A stretch of 64,000 nt of DNA from Myxococcales bacterium (GTDB taxonomy: Bacteria > Myxococcota_A > Polyangia > Polyangiales > DASUME01). The notes beneath the pieces are model-generated. The model had not been told where the DNA came from. It saw only the letters and a program-made list of their open reading frames with translations, and ran no database searches. The translations under genes were made by a program, and so were the position numbers. The stretch's first letter is position 1. Each line of letters begins with the position of its first letter. This document shows positions 29,057 through 39,627 of this stretch, in pieces. The DNA is taken from positions 3,232,001 to 3,296,000 of the forward strand of contig JASGJH010000001.1 of assembly GCA_047601445.1 (NCBI GenBank). The letters are read 5' to 3'.

Positions 29057-29920
29057 ATGACCAAACACGTCGTCTCCATTCCGAGCACGCCGTTCTCGAG
29101 TGCCTCCGGGTCTTTCGAGGTGCACCAGGTGCCTGCAGCTCAGGACAACTTGGTGTGGCTCTTCGTGTGCAAGCGGACCGGCGCAGTGGCCGCCGTGGAT
29201 GGTCCGGACGCGGAGAACGCACTGGCCTACTGCCAAGCGAACGGGCTCAAGCTGACGCACGTGCTCAACACGCACACGCACGGCGATCACATCGGCATCA
29301 ATCGCGACCTCGCCCAGCGCGGCCTGCTCGACGCGCTCGAGGTGATCGGGCCCGCCAAGGTGAGCGCGCAGGTGCCGGGAATCACGCAGGCTGTCGACGA
29401 AGGCGATGAAATCCAGGTGGGAGCCTGCCGCGCGCGCGTCTTGCTCACGGAGGGGCACATCGAGGGCCACATCTGCTTCTTGTTCGAGGACGTACTGTTC
29501 GCGGGCGACACGTTGTTCACGGGCGGCTGCGGGCGGGTCTTTACCGGCGATTTCGGGGCCATGTTCCGCGGGCTATCGAAGCTGCGCGCGCTGCCCGGTG
29601 AGACCCGCGTCTGCTGCGCTCACGAGTACACCCAGGACAACCTGGCCTTCGCCTCGACCCTGGAGCCCGATAACCGCGCGCTCCAGGAGCGCGTAGCCCA
29701 GGTGAATGCGGTGAGATCCCAGGGGCGCTCCGCGGTGCCAGGCAGGCTGGCTGAGGAACGCGCCACCAACCCCATGCTGCGGTGGGACTCTCCGGAGCTG
29801 CAGCGCGAGGTCGAAAGGCAGAGCCCGGGTGTGGACCTCTCGAGCCCACAGGCCATCTTCACGGCCACGCGCAAGCTCAAGGATTCGGGCGCCTACAAGC
29901 GCGCGGTCCAGGCGCCCTAG
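29057..29920 (+). CDS. gloB: Hydroxyacylglutathione hydrolase (glyoxalase II)
   Basis: THTHGDHIG, GHI, GDTLFTGGCGR, CAHEYT. Confidence 0.9.
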   Translation: MTKHVVSIPSTPFSSASGSFEVHQVPAAQDNLVWLFVCKRTGAVAAVDGPDAENALAYCQANGLKLTHVLNTHTHGDHIGINRDLAQRGLLDALEVIGPAKVSAQVPGITQAVDEGDEIQVGACRARVLLTEGHIEGHICFLFEDVLFAGDTLFTGGCGRVFTGDFGAMFRGLSKLRALPGETRVCCAHEYTQDNLAFASTLEPDNRALQERVAQVNAVRSQGRSAVPGRLAEERATNPMLRWDSPELQREVERQSPGVDLSSPQAIFTATRKLKDSGAYKRAVQAP

Positions 29921-29921
29921 T

Positions 29922-31466
29922 TCAGAGCTGGTTCAACGCCCACAGGCTCAGCGGCACCACGGGGGAGGCCGTGGGCTTGCCGTGCTGCCAGTCTCCCCCC
30001 TCGCAACCGCTGCCCCCGAGATCGATGTGCGTGAACGGCAGCGGAGCGCGCGCGCTGTCGTTGTGCTGGCTTAGACCCGAGGCCACGCTCAAGAAGGCGG
30101 CGGGGAACTGATGTCCGCGCGCAGTGGCGCTCGACGGCAGGTTGTTGCACGAGAGCACGTCGTCGGCGGCGCTGCGAGGCTTGATGAAGTCGAAGTCCTC
30201 GCGCCGCAGCCGTGAGATCTCGAAGGGATCGCCCCACTGCTCGCCGAGCGCGTCGACCTGCGACGCCACCCCACGCTGCCGAGCGGGGGCGTTCTCGATG
30301 AGGATGGAATAGGGTCCCACCGCGCGCGCTGCGTGCCCGGTGAGCGTGGCCACCGAGAGCAAGTGCGGATCGATGGCGTCCAGCGCCTGCACGCGCAGGT
30401 GGGAGAGCAAGTCGGCCAGCACCAGCCGCCCTTCCGCGTCCGTGTTGCCGATGCGCACGCGCACCCCCGCATGACTGGTGATGATCTCATCGGACACGAA
30501 GGCGTCTGCACCGATGCTGTTGCGCACCACGCCGAGAGCGCCGATCACGCGGACGTTGGCGGGCTTGAGCTCGGCCAAGGCGCGCATCAGTCCGGCCACC
30601 GCGGCGGCCCCGCCCTTGTCGCGACTCATGCCGGCCATGTGGCCACCGACCTTGAGATCGGCGCCGCCGGTGTCGTAGGTCAGGCCCTTGCCAGCGAGCA
30701 GCAGCGTGCGCTCGATGGGCCCCTGACCACGGTATTCCAGGTGGATCACGCGGGGACGGTGGCGCTCGACCGTCAGCGAGGCGCGGGCCACGGCCATCAA
30801 CAGCGGGTACTGGTAGCTGAGGGTGTCGAGATCGTCGATCACGCGCAGGCTCACCTCGGTGTCCATGAACGCGTCCACACAGCTGGCAGCGAAGGCCTCG
30901 GGGCGCATGCGCTCGGGTTCGGTGCCCGCCAGATCGCGCGCCAGGCGGCGCCCCTTCTCGAGCGCCGACACCAGGCGGCACTGCTCCTCGCTGCCACCGA
31001 GCACGCCAATCAGCTCCACCGGCTCGAGCTCGCCTTCCAGCTTCGACTCGCGCGCCTCGAGCGGGACCCAGAGCCCCGCGAGCGCGCCCAGCAATGCAGC
31101 CTCGAGCGCACGCGGAAAGCCCGTGTGCTTGGCGACCCACAAGAGCGGCGCGCGTGCGCCCGCGTCCCGTGCTCGCTCGAGCCCGGCACGTGCGGCCTCG
31201 GCGAACCGACGCACGTCATCGTATTCGCGCGTAAGCGGCCCAGTGGGCGCAACGATGAGTCGCCCGCCAGCCAGCCCATCCGCCGGCACCAACACGACGT
31301 CCCGCCCGACGCGGGCGTCGAGCGCCCGCGCACGCACGATGGCGTGATCGAGGGGCGGAACCCCTGTCGCTGCGTCGGTCACGACGGCGACCAGCGCGTC
31401 GAAGCGGGCGTCCGTGAGCGAGGAAGGGGTCGTGTCGGGCACTGCGATCAGCACGGGCGTGGCCAT
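29922..31466 (-). CDS. M17 leucyl aminopeptidase family protein
   Basis: GKGLTYDTGG, MSRDKGGAAAV, NTDAEGRL, ATLTG. Confidence 0.93.
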   Translation of the reverse strand: MATPVLIAVPDTTPSSLTDARFDALVAVVTDAATGVPPLDHAIVRARALDARVGRDVVLVPADGLAGGRLIVAPTGPLTREYDDVRRFAEAARAGLERARDAGARAPLLWVAKHTGFPRALEAALLGALAGLWVPLEARESKLEGELEPVELIGVLGGSEEQCRLVSALEKGRRLARDLAGTEPERMRPEAFAASCVDAFMDTEVSLRVIDDLDTLSYQYPLLMAVARASLTVERHRPRVIHLEYRGQGPIERTLLLAGKGLTYDTGGADLKVGGHMAGMSRDKGGAAAVAGLMRALAELKPANVRVIGALGVVRNSIGADAFVSDEIITSHAGVRVRIGNTDAEGRLVLADLLSHLRVQALDAIDPHLLSVATLTGHAARAVGPYSILIENAPARQRGVASQVDALGEQWGDPFEISRLRREDFDFIKPRSAADDVLSCNNLPSSATARGHQFPAAFLSVASGLSQHNDSARAPLPFTHIDLGGSGCEGGDWQHGKPTASPVVPLSLWALNQL

Positions 31467-31566
31467 GGAACTCTCCGCGTGTTCCGGCGGCCCGGGCTTC
31501 CCCGGGGAACCGGCTCGGGCACGATGCAGTGCTCAACCAGGCGCGTCAACAGGCTAAACTGTCGGA

Positions 31567-32973
31567 ATGGTAGAGCGCGTTCGCTCGCAGCGGGTCCTTT
31601 TGCGCGATTGTGACAAGTTCGTGATCGCGCCCGCCGAGCTCTCGATTCGCGAGGGCTGCATCGTGGGCATCGAACGCCTTGAGCCCGAGCCCGCAGCGGC
31701 ATCCCCGCGCGAATCCTTGCTCGACCTGGGCGAGCGCTTGCTCACGCCGGCCTTCGTGAACGCGCATACGCACCTCGCGCTGGCCTTCCTGCGCGGGGTG
31801 GATGGCTCACGCTTTCAACGCAATCTGGTGGAGGATCTCTACTTCCACTTCGAGACCCGCCTCAGCCCGGGCGACGTGCGCGCCTTCGCACGCATGGGTG
31901 CCTACGAGTCCCTGCTGTCCGGCGTGGGGACGGTTTGGGACCACTACTACGGCGACCTCGCGCTGGCCGAGGCGCTGGTGGACACCGGCCTGTGCGGCGT
32001 CATCGCCCCGACCCTGCAGGACCTCTCCGGCCCCGGCGCTGGAAGCCACGAGCGCGCCATCGAGTGCACGCTCGAGATCGCGGGCAGCGAGCGCTTGCGG
32101 GCCGCCGGCGTGTTCGCGGCGCTCGGTCCCCATGCCACCGACAGCGTGAGCCCGGAGCTGTTGCGCGAGGTGGCCGAGCTCGCGGGCAGGCACCACTTGC
32201 CGGTGCACATGCACCTGGCGCAGTCGCTGGACGAGCTCAAGCGCGTCGCCGCCCGCCAGGGCTGCTCGCCCGTAGAGGCCCTGGAGCGCGCGGGGCTGCT
32301 CGAGCGGGACCTGGTGTTGGCGCACGCCATTTTTTGTCGTCGTGCGGACCTCGCCCGACTCTCTCCGCAGCGGCATAGCCTGGTGTTTTGTCCGAGCTCG
32401 CAGCTCCAGTTCGGATTTCCCGCGGATGTGACGGTGTGGAGCCAGCTGGGCATGCGTTGGGTGGTCGCCACCGACTGCGCTAGCAGCAACGACTCCATGG
32501 GCCTGCAGAAAGAGCTGCGCTTTTGTCAGGGCGCCGCGACCTATCGGATCACGGGCAGCGCCGCCTACGAAACCTTCCTGACCAGCGGCAGCGTCAGCGA
32601 CGCCGAGCGCACCTGGAGCGAGCGCACGGGCAGCCTGCAGAGCGACCAGGCGCACAGCACCAGCGAGCAGCTGCTGGGTCGCGTACTGCAGCTCCCGGGT
32701 GCCCTCCATCCGAGCTTCCGCGCGGGGGTCATCGAGATGGGCGCACTGGCGAACCTCATCGCCTGGGACGTGGAGCATCCCGCATTTTGGCCGGGCCTGG
32801 ACCTCGTGCGGGGCCTCGCGCTTTCGGACCCAAGCCAGGCCATCCACACCGTGCTCGTGCGCGGGGAGCCTGTGGGAGCCGTGGGCCGCCCCTCGACGCT
32901 GCTCGCTTCCGAGGCCTATCGCGAAGCCCGCCGCGAGGCACAGGAGCGGCTCGAGATGCTGTTCAGAACTTGA
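31567..32973 (+). CDS. Metal-dependent amidohydrolase (MtaD/AtzA-like superfamily)
   Basis: NAHTH, GPHA, HMHLAQ, AHA, ATD motifs. Confidence 0.88.
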   Translation: MVERVRSQRVLLRDCDKFVIAPAELSIREGCIVGIERLEPEPAAASPRESLLDLGERLLTPAFVNAHTHLALAFLRGVDGSRFQRNLVEDLYFHFETRLSPGDVRAFARMGAYESLLSGVGTVWDHYYGDLALAEALVDTGLCGVIAPTLQDLSGPGAGSHERAIECTLEIAGSERLRAAGVFAALGPHATDSVSPELLREVAELAGRHHLPVHMHLAQSLDELKRVAARQGCSPVEALERAGLLERDLVLAHAIFCRRADLARLSPQRHSLVFCPSSQLQFGFPADVTVWSQLGMRWVVATDCASSNDSMGLQKELRFCQGAATYRITGSAAYETFLTSGSVSDAERTWSERTGSLQSDQAHSTSEQLLGRVLQLPGALHPSFRAGVIEMGALANLIAWDVEHPAFWPGLDLVRGLALSDPSQAIHTVLVRGEPVGAVGRPSTLLASEAYREARREAQERLEMLFRT

Positions 32974-33976
32974 GCAGCGCGCTGCCCCAGGCGAAGCCGC
33001 CACCGAGCGCGCACATCAGGACGTCGTCACCCGGACGAATGGTGCCCGCACGGGCCGCCTCGTCGAGCGCAATGGGGATGGAGGCGCTCGAGGTATTCCC
33101 GAAGCGCTCCAGGTTCAACACGAAGCGATCGAGTCCGACACCGACGCGCTTGGACACGCCGTCGAGGATGCGCAGGTTCGCCTGATGGGGAACGACCCAG
33201 CGGATGTCCGCCGCCGAGTAGCCGTTGGCGGAGAGCGCCGTGGTGCTGGCCGAGGAGAGCGCACGTACGGCGTACTTGAAGACCTCCTGCCCATTCATGT
33301 GAACGTAGTGCTGGCCGGCCTCCACGCTGGCCACGGTGGCGGGCGTCTTGGAGCCGCCGCCCGGGATGCAGAGGGACGACGCTTGCGAACCGTCCGCGTA
33401 AATGTGGGTAGACAGCAGGCCGCGCCCGCTCGTGTCCGCAGCGCTCAATACCGCGGCGCCCGCGCCATCGCCGAACAGCACGCAGGTGGTACGGTCGTGC
33501 CAGTCGATGACGCGCGAGAGCAGCTCCACTCCCACCACGAGCACGTGCCTGGCGGCGCCAGACATGATGAATCGGTCGGCGATGGAGAGGCCGTAGATGA
33601 ACCCGGCGCAGGCCGCGGCGATGTCGAAGGCCGGGCAATCCGGACGCGCTCCGATTTTGTCCTGCACGAACACGGCCGTGGCTGGCAGCGGCATGTCCGG
33701 GGTCACGGTGGCCACGATGATGAGATCGAGGTCCGTGGCCTTGAGGTTGGCGGCTTCCAGCGCGCGCTTGGCCGCGGCAGCCGCCATGTCGCTCGAGGCT
33801 TCGCCTTCGGCGGCCAGGTGGCGCTCTCGAATGCCCGTCCGTTCGACGATCCAGGCGTCCGAGGTGTCGACCATCTTCTCGAGGTCATGGTTGGTGAGCA
33901 CTCGCGCCGGAACATAGTGGCCTGTTCCCACGATCTGGGATTTGGGCGTGCGCGACCGGTTGGTCTCCCCTGCCAT
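32963..33976 (-). CDS. fabH: Beta-ketoacyl-ACP synthase III
   Basis: WIVERTGI, AACAGF, FGDGAGA, PHQANLRI, GNTSSAS, GGGFAWG. Confidence 0.96.
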   Translation of the reverse strand: MAGETNRSRTPKSQIVGTGHYVPARVLTNHDLEKMVDTSDAWIVERTGIRERHLAAEGEASSDMAAAAAKRALEAANLKATDLDLIIVATVTPDMPLPATAVFVQDKIGARPDCPAFDIAAACAGFIYGLSIADRFIMSGAARHVLVVGVELLSRVIDWHDRTTCVLFGDGAGAAVLSAADTSGRGLLSTHIYADGSQASSLCIPGGGSKTPATVASVEAGQHYVHMNGQEVFKYAVRALSSASTTALSANGYSAADIRWVVPHQANLRILDGVSKRVGVGLDRFVLNLERFGNTSSASIPIALDEAARAGTIRPGDDVLMCALGGGFAWGSALLKF

Positions 33977-34252
33977 GTTTCCTTTCCACCCAGGCAGCGC
34001 CTAGACGCCCCCGGTGAGCGACAACTAGCGCATCCAAGGCCCAGGTGCACCAAGCGGGCAGAGCCGAGCGGCCACGAGAACCCAGACTGCAGCGGGAATG
34101 CGGTCCTCGGGCGCAGCGATTGCGACAGACCTCACAACCTGCCCGGAAGTCGGCCCCCGCACCGGTCGGCCCCGCCACAACTTTGCTCGGCTTTTGAGGC
34201 GCCGGGGCGGCGTCCGCTTGATCGACAGGGATGGCTCGGGCTTGATCAGGGG

Positions 34253-34480
34253 GTGTCCCTGCCGGTCGAGTTCACCTTGGAAGCCCTCGAGGATATCGAG
34301 GACATCGTGACCATGGCCCGGAAACTCTCGCGCCAGGCGGACGACGGGCGCATCGCGTGCGGCCAGAGCGACCCCGCCACCCGTGAACTGGTGATCGACC
34401 AGACGCGCCTCCTCTACCGGCTCGAGGCGACCCAGATCCTCGTGCTCGGGGCGGACCCCACCGGGCTCCCCCACCATTAG
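34253..34480 (+). CDS. Short RelE/ParE-toxin-like protein (75 aa)
   Basis: VEFTLEALEDIEDI N-terminus and RELVIDQTRLLYRL...ILVL C-terminus; AGGGG immediately before GTG. Confidence 0.5.
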   Translation: MSLPVEFTLEALEDIEDIVTMARKLSRQADDGRIACGQSDPATRELVIDQTRLLYRLEATQILVLGADPTGLPHH

Positions 34481-34582
34481 GCGCCCCCCGCAGCCGCACC
34501 CAGTCGCCGCGCCCAAAGGACGGTTGCCCCGGCCGACCGTTCTGGGTAGGGTGCGCTGGTCGTTCCTTAGGTGGGGGGTTTC

Positions 34583-35035
34583 ATGACACGCGATCGGGCC
34601 GAGGGGCCGTTCAGGGTGGAATTGGACGCGTTCCCCTTCGTGCACATGAGCTCGCCGAGCGTGGCCCAGTTCGACCAACCGAGCGCCTCGAGCTTCTTCG
34701 AGTGCATCGACCGGGGTCTCGAGCGTGGCCAGCCCTTCGTCATCTTGCTCGACGCGCGCGGGGTGCCCCACGCCGATGAAGTGCGGCGCAAGGACTTCAT
34801 GCGCCTCCTGACCGCGCGGCGCGCGGACGTCGAGCAGCGTGTGGTGGCGTTCGCTGCGGTCTGTGGCTCGCCGCTCGAGCGTGGCCTGGTCACGGCCTTC
34901 ATGTGGTTCATACGGCTCTCCTTGCCGATCCGAATCTTCGGCAACGAGGGCGAAGCCAAGGCGTGGCTGCTCGCGCGCTACGAGGCTGCGGGTGCTGGCG
35001 GCGCTCACACCGGACGCGCCGTAGCGGGCTCCTAG
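34583..35035 (+). CDS. STAS/SEC14-like small protein
   Basis: FVILLDAR...RGLVTAFMW...PIRIFGNEGEAKAWL pattern. Confidence 0.7.
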   Translation: MTRDRAEGPFRVELDAFPFVHMSSPSVAQFDQPSASSFFECIDRGLERGQPFVILLDARGVPHADEVRRKDFMRLLTARRADVEQRVVAFAAVCGSPLERGLVTAFMWFIRLSLPIRIFGNEGEAKAWLLARYEAAGAGGAHTGRAVAGS

Positions 35036-35652
35036 AGGATCTGGCGCTCCAGGGCGTCGAACGCCTCGAGCTGGGTCCCCCGCATGGGCGAGGTCGCGTA
35101 GAGCAGGCGCGGTAGCGAGTACATGTGCATGTCGACCTTGTCGCCTTCGGGAGTCGGTTCGCTCATTGGATCGAGCACCGGGCCCTCGAACCCCAGCTTC
35201 TCGGCTAGACCGGCGCTGGCGAGGTTGTGCGGAGCCACCCGCAGGTCCACGCACGAGAGGTTTTCGATGTCGAAGGCCACGCGCACCAAAGCTGCGACAG
35301 CCTCCGTGGCCAGCCCCTGACGCAAGACGTCGGGGCGGATCCAGTACCCCACTTCGCGCTCGTCGACGTCGCTCCGCAGACTGAGCCCCGCACCGCCCAA
35401 CATGCGCTTCTTCTGCTTGTCGAACAGCCCGTAGTACAGGTCTCCCCCGAGATCGAAGTGGCCGCGGCGCGCGCGCAAAAGCTCGAGGCGCTCCTCCAGC
35501 GTGAGCGGCTCGTGGACCGCCCAGCTCATCCACGGTCGCAGGTGCTCGAGGCTCGCAAGAATGGCCTCGTCCACCAGGTACACGTCCCGTGGCTCCAGAC
35601 AACGTAGGCTCAGGCGTTCGGTCTCGATGCGATAGGCGGGTCCGCGCAGCAC
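35032..35652 (-). CDS. GNAT acetyltransferase, RimJ/RimL family
   Basis: IETERLSLR, HLRPWM, EVGYWI, QGLATEA, NLASAGLAEKLGF. Confidence 0.92.
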   Translation of the reverse strand: MLRGPAYRIETERLSLRCLEPRDVYLVDEAILASLEHLRPWMSWAVHEPLTLEERLELLRARRGHFDLGGDLYYGLFDKQKKRMLGGAGLSLRSDVDEREVGYWIRPDVLRQGLATEAVAALVRVAFDIENLSCVDLRVAPHNLASAGLAEKLGFEGPVLDPMSEPTPEGDKVDMHMYSLPRLLYATSPMRGTQLEAFDALERQIL

Positions 35653-35659
35653 GGGTACC

Positions 35660-37576
35660 TCAGGAGCGCTTCGGGCCCAAAAACACCGGGCTCGACCAGG
35701 CCATCTCGCCGTCTTCCTGCACGACGCGCGCGTAGACGAAGGGACTGCTCACCCGTGCGCGCAGCTGACCCGCCGGCCCGCTCAGCTCCCCCTGCGCGAG
35801 CACGCCCTCGTAACCCACCAGCTCGATGCTGCGCAGATTGGTGGTGCCGTGGGCCTGCACCTCGAACTCCGCCTCGAGCTCGCCGAGTTCGCTGCCCATG
35901 GCGTGACCGTCAGCACGCACGTCGAGCAAGATCTTGGCCCCGCTCGTGGCGTAGCAGCGACGCAAGCGCAGCGCCTCCATGACGGCCGCGCGCGAGACCT
36001 CCGCGGCCTGCACGGCCGTGAGCCCGGTGCGATAAGGGTCGCGCTTGCGTGCCTCGCCGTGATGCCAGAGCAGGCCGTGACTGTCGGAGGAAGCCGTGAA
36101 GCCGAAGCGATGCCCCCTGCGCAGCATCACGTCGGCCATGTGATCCTTGAGCTCGCCGCGCTGACCGAGCGGATGTCCCACGTGCTCGTAGCAGCCATGA
36201 CAGGAGCAGATTTCCCAGAGCGGTTGGCCGTGGTCGTCGTGGCCTGCTTCGTCGGCGCCCGTCCAACCGATGTGATGAGGAGACGCGAAGCCACCGAGCC
36301 GCTGGACCGCTGCCACGAGCTGCCTGCCCTCGGGGACGTCGTCGCGCGAGACGATGGGCACGCCGCGCAGCGGGTAATAGACGCACTTGTGGCCTGGACC
36401 GGGAAAGGCGCGGCCGGTCCACTCATACGCATAGAGCGTGGCGAAGGCGCCGGGCGCATCGTAGTGCTCGGCCACCCGCTGCAGGTACTCCCACTCGCCG
36501 GGCCCCGTACGCTTGCCCAGGAAGGACTCGTGATCGGTGAGGGCCACGAAGTCGTCTTCGTAGCGATCGCGGGCGCGCAGATAGACCTCGTCGGCCGAAC
36601 CCACGCCGTCGGAGTGCGCCGAGTGCTGCTGGATGTCCCCGAACAAGGTAATCAAGCCGCTCTTGCGCGCCGGGTCGCGCGGTGCGCGCGCCACGCTCGG
36701 AAGCACGCGCTCGCTCACGGAGTCAGCGCTCCAATCCACCTTCGCGAGCTGCAGTTCGGGCGTGCCACCTAGCGCATGGGGCAACAAATCGACCTGGATG
36801 CCCTTGCGCTCACGGCGGGCCACCCAGATGCCCTGCTCACTCTCGAGCACGCTGACATGTCGACCGCGCGAGCCCCACTCACCGTCGCTGAGCGCGCTGC
36901 GCGGTGAGAAGCCGCCGGCGCTCAGGTCCTGACGCCAAAAATTGTGGGAGCCGCGGCCGAACACCGAGACCGCTCCGTCCGGGTTCACACACAGGCCCGG
37001 GAACTCGAATGATTGCTCCACGCCCTCGCGATCACGGTCGCGCTCGAGCATGGGCGCCGCCGGCTCGAACACGGCGCCGCTGGCGTCGACGAAGCGCAGC
37101 GCGATCCACTTGGCCACGTCGGCGTGGGCGGTGTCTTCACGGACGTCGTGATGAAAGGCGACCCAGATGCCCCTCTCGGCCAGCGCCAGGCAGGGCGCCG
37201 CCACGCTCCCGCGCGCGCGAAACACGAGCACGTCCGCGCCCCCTCGGGGCGAGAGCCACACGCTCGCCACGCCCTCCGCATGCTCCACCCATACGCGGGA
37301 CCCGGCGCGCTCTTCGCGCTGCTCGGCCAGTGGGTCGTCGCTGATCGCCGCGCGGTCGCCGCGCGTGAGCGCCACGATGGCCTCGCGCGACTCTCCTTGT
37401 AGCTCCGGCCCGAGTCGATCGGGCGCTTCCAGAGCGAGCCGCAGCAAGCACTCCCGGTTCTCGGTTGGCCGCCAGGCGATGCACACCAGCTCGACGTGGG
37501 CGCCGCCTTCGCGGTCGCCACGGATCAGGCGGGGGGCGTGCAGGTAGCGGTCGGGACGTTGCGCCAGGAGGGCCAT
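35660..37576 (-). CDS. PHP-like metallohydrolase (DUF3604/CehA-McbA-like)
   Basis: GDIQQHSAHSDG, LTDHE, YEWT, SSDSHG, RRCYATSG, MAWSSP. Confidence 0.8.
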   Translation of the reverse strand: MALLAQRPDRYLHAPRLIRGDREGGAHVELVCIAWRPTENRECLLRLALEAPDRLGPELQGESREAIVALTRGDRAAISDDPLAEQREERAGSRVWVEHAEGVASVWLSPRGGADVLVFRARGSVAAPCLALAERGIWVAFHHDVREDTAHADVAKWIALRFVDASGAVFEPAAPMLERDRDREGVEQSFEFPGLCVNPDGAVSVFGRGSHNFWRQDLSAGGFSPRSALSDGEWGSRGRHVSVLESEQGIWVARRERKGIQVDLLPHALGGTPELQLAKVDWSADSVSERVLPSVARAPRDPARKSGLITLFGDIQQHSAHSDGVGSADEVYLRARDRYEDDFVALTDHESFLGKRTGPGEWEYLQRVAEHYDAPGAFATLYAYEWTGRAFPGPGHKCVYYPLRGVPIVSRDDVPEGRQLVAAVQRLGGFASPHHIGWTGADEAGHDDHGQPLWEICSCHGCYEHVGHPLGQRGELKDHMADVMLRRGHRFGFTASSDSHGLLWHHGEARKRDPYRTGLTAVQAAEVSRAAVMEALRLRRCYATSGAKILLDVRADGHAMGSELGELEAEFEVQAHGTTNLRSIELVGYEGVLAQGELSGPAGQLRARVSSPFVYARVVQEDGEMAWSSPVFLGPKRS

Positions 37577-37734
37577 GACTCGATGGTGCCCTGCCCTATA
37601 CGATTGTCCAGTTCGCCGCACAGCTAGGTCGACGTGGCCTGGCGAGGCACCCGCGGGAAGCCGCCCGGGTCAGCGCCGCAAGTTCCCGATCGCACTCTTG
37701 GATCTTCTGCGCGCCTCGTGCGTCAATCCTGCCC

Positions 37735-39627
37735 ATGAAACGCGGTTGGATTCTGTTTTCGATCATCGCAGCCCTCACCGGCTGCGCAGGCGGTCCCGCA
37801 GTGCGCGGCGCCAAACACGTACCAGTGCGCAATGTGGTCCTATATCGGAGCGGCGTGGGCTACTTCGAGCGCTCGGGCAAGTTCGAGGGCGACAGCCTCG
37901 AGTTCCAGGTCAAACAAGACGAAGTGGGTGACTTCCTCTCCTCGCTCACGGCCATCGAGCGCTCGTCGGGCGGCGTGCGCAGCGTGTCGTTCGACGTGCC
38001 GGATGCACCCGAGCCCGGCCCCAGCAACTTCGCCCCCGATCAACCTCAACCCGCGCCGGCTCCAGCTGCCAGCCGCGAGCGCGTGGACGTGAAGCTCGCG
38101 CTGTCGGGCGAAGGCCAGCACGACGTGAGCGTGGCCTACGTGGTGGGCTCGCCAATCTGGCGCCCGAGCTACCGGGTCGTGTTGGACGGACAGGACAAGG
38201 CGCTGCTTCAAGCCTGGGCCGTGGTGCAGAACACGTCCGGTGAAGATTGGAGCGACATCAACCTCTCGCTCACCACGGGCGCACCGATCTCGTTTCGCTC
38301 GGATCTCGGCACCCCCATCCGTCCCGAACGCCCGCTGGTCAGCGATAGCGGCGAAGTGATCGCGGTGGTGCCCGTGGCGGAAACCGCCGTGGCGCAGGAA
38401 CCGCCCCCGCCGCCCGCACCGATGGCGAGCGAAGCCGCCTCGATGGCACCGATGATGGAGGAAGCCGAGCGCGACGACTACGACATGGCACGCAGCGCCG
38501 GTGCCGCCGCGCCCGAGGCCAGCAAGAAGATGCGCTCGCGTCGCGAAGTCATGGCCGCCCCGAAGCCCGCCGCACCCGCCATGAGCGCTGCCGCGCTCGC
38601 CCAGAGCGTGCGACCTGCGGCGAGCTTCGCGGTGCTCGGCGACAGCGTGACCCGCTACGACATCCAGGGCCCTGTCACGGTTCCCGACGGCGGTTCCACC
38701 ATGGTGGCGTTGGTCTCGCAGCGCGTCCCGGGCGAGCAAGCGCACCTGTTCGCGCCCGAGCCCGGCGTGCCGCTCTCCATGCAGCATCCGTTCTCCGTGG
38801 TGCGCCTCGCCAACGCGACCGGCGCGGTGCTGGAGAAAGGCCCGCTCGCCGTGCTCTCGAACGGCGCCTTCCTGGGCCAGGGCGTGCTCGACACGCTGCC
38901 GCGCGATGCCCACTCGTTCGTGCCCTTCGCGCTCGACAAGACCGTCGTGGTGGAGCCCGAGGAGAGCTACAGCGAGGAGCAGGGAGCGCTCGTGCGTGTG
39001 CAGCGCAACCTGGTCACCGTGCAGCGCTTCTCGCAGCGCAAGACCCGCTACCGCGTGCGCAACGGTGGCGCCGAGGCCAGCAAGATCTACGTGCGGCATC
39101 CACGTTGGGGTCAGGCCGAACTGTTGAACCCGCCGAGCGGCAGCGAGCTCACGCCGGGCAAGGCTCTCGTCCCGACCAGCGTGCCCGGCAAGGGACAGAC
39201 CGAGCTCGAGATCATCGAGCGCACCGCGGTCCAAATGGACTTCGTGTTCATGGACCAGCCCGCCGCCGATGCCATCGCCGTGTGGCTCTCGGGCCCAGCG
39301 GCCAACGACCCGCAGAGCGCCGCGCTCAAGCAGGCACTCGAGCTGCGCGGCCAGCTCGTGAAGGTGCAGGAGCAGCTGGTGGCCCTCGAGCGCGAGCAAG
39401 CAGAGCTCGCCAACAGCGCCGACGAGACGCGCCGCAACCTGCGCGCAATCGAGAAGGTGAAGAGCGCCCAGGATTTACGCACGCGCCTGGTGGACCGGTT
39501 GCGTCAGCTCGACACGCGCCTCGGTGAACTCACCAAGCTGCTGGTGGAGACGCGCACCCGCCAGAGCGAGCTCGAGGTGCGCCTCAACGAATCCCTCGAC
39601 GGCGTCTCCCTCGAGGCCAAGCCCTAA
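37735..39627 (+). CDS. DUF4139-family lipoprotein with C-terminal coiled coil
   Basis: LTGC lipobox; VVLYRSGVGYFER, WRPSYR, QAWAVVQNTSGEDW. Confidence 0.85.
   Translation: MKRGWILFSIIAALTGCAGGPAVRGAKHVPVRNVVLYRSGVGYFERSGKFEGDSLEFQVKQDEVGDFLSSLTAIERSSGGVRSVSFDVPDAPEPGPSNFAPDQPQPAPAPAASRERVDVKLALSGEGQHDVSVAYVVGSPIWRPSYRVVLDGQDKALLQAWAVVQNTSGEDWSDINLSLTTGAPISFRSDLGTPIRPERPLVSDSGEVIAVVPVAETAVAQEPPPPPAPMASEAASMAPMMEEAERDDYDMARSAGAAAPEASKKMRSRREVMAAPKPAAPAMSAAALAQSVRPAASFAVLGDSVTRYDIQGPVTVPDGGSTMVALVSQRVPGEQAHLFAPEPGVPLSMQHPFSVVRLANATGAVLEKGPLAVLSNGAFLGQGVLDTLPRDAHSFVPFALDKTVVVEPEESYSEEQGALVRVQRNLVTVQRFSQRKTRYRVRNGGAEASKIYVRHPRWGQAELLNPPSGSELTPGKALVPTSVPGKGQTELEIIERTAVQMDFVFMDQPAADAIAVWLSGPAANDPQSAALKQALELRGQLVKVQEQLVALEREQAELANSADETRRNLRAIEKVKSAQDLRTRLVDRLRQLDTRLGELTKLLVETRTRQSELEVRLNESLDGVSLEAKP

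Noticed and set aside
32699..34252. 593-aa plus-strand ORF and similar long overlapping ORFs (e.g. 9082-10692, 27459-29222, 58180-59718)
   Set aside because: High-GC shadow frames opposite well-supported genes; only the last 75 codons of the 593-aa ORF look like a real gene.
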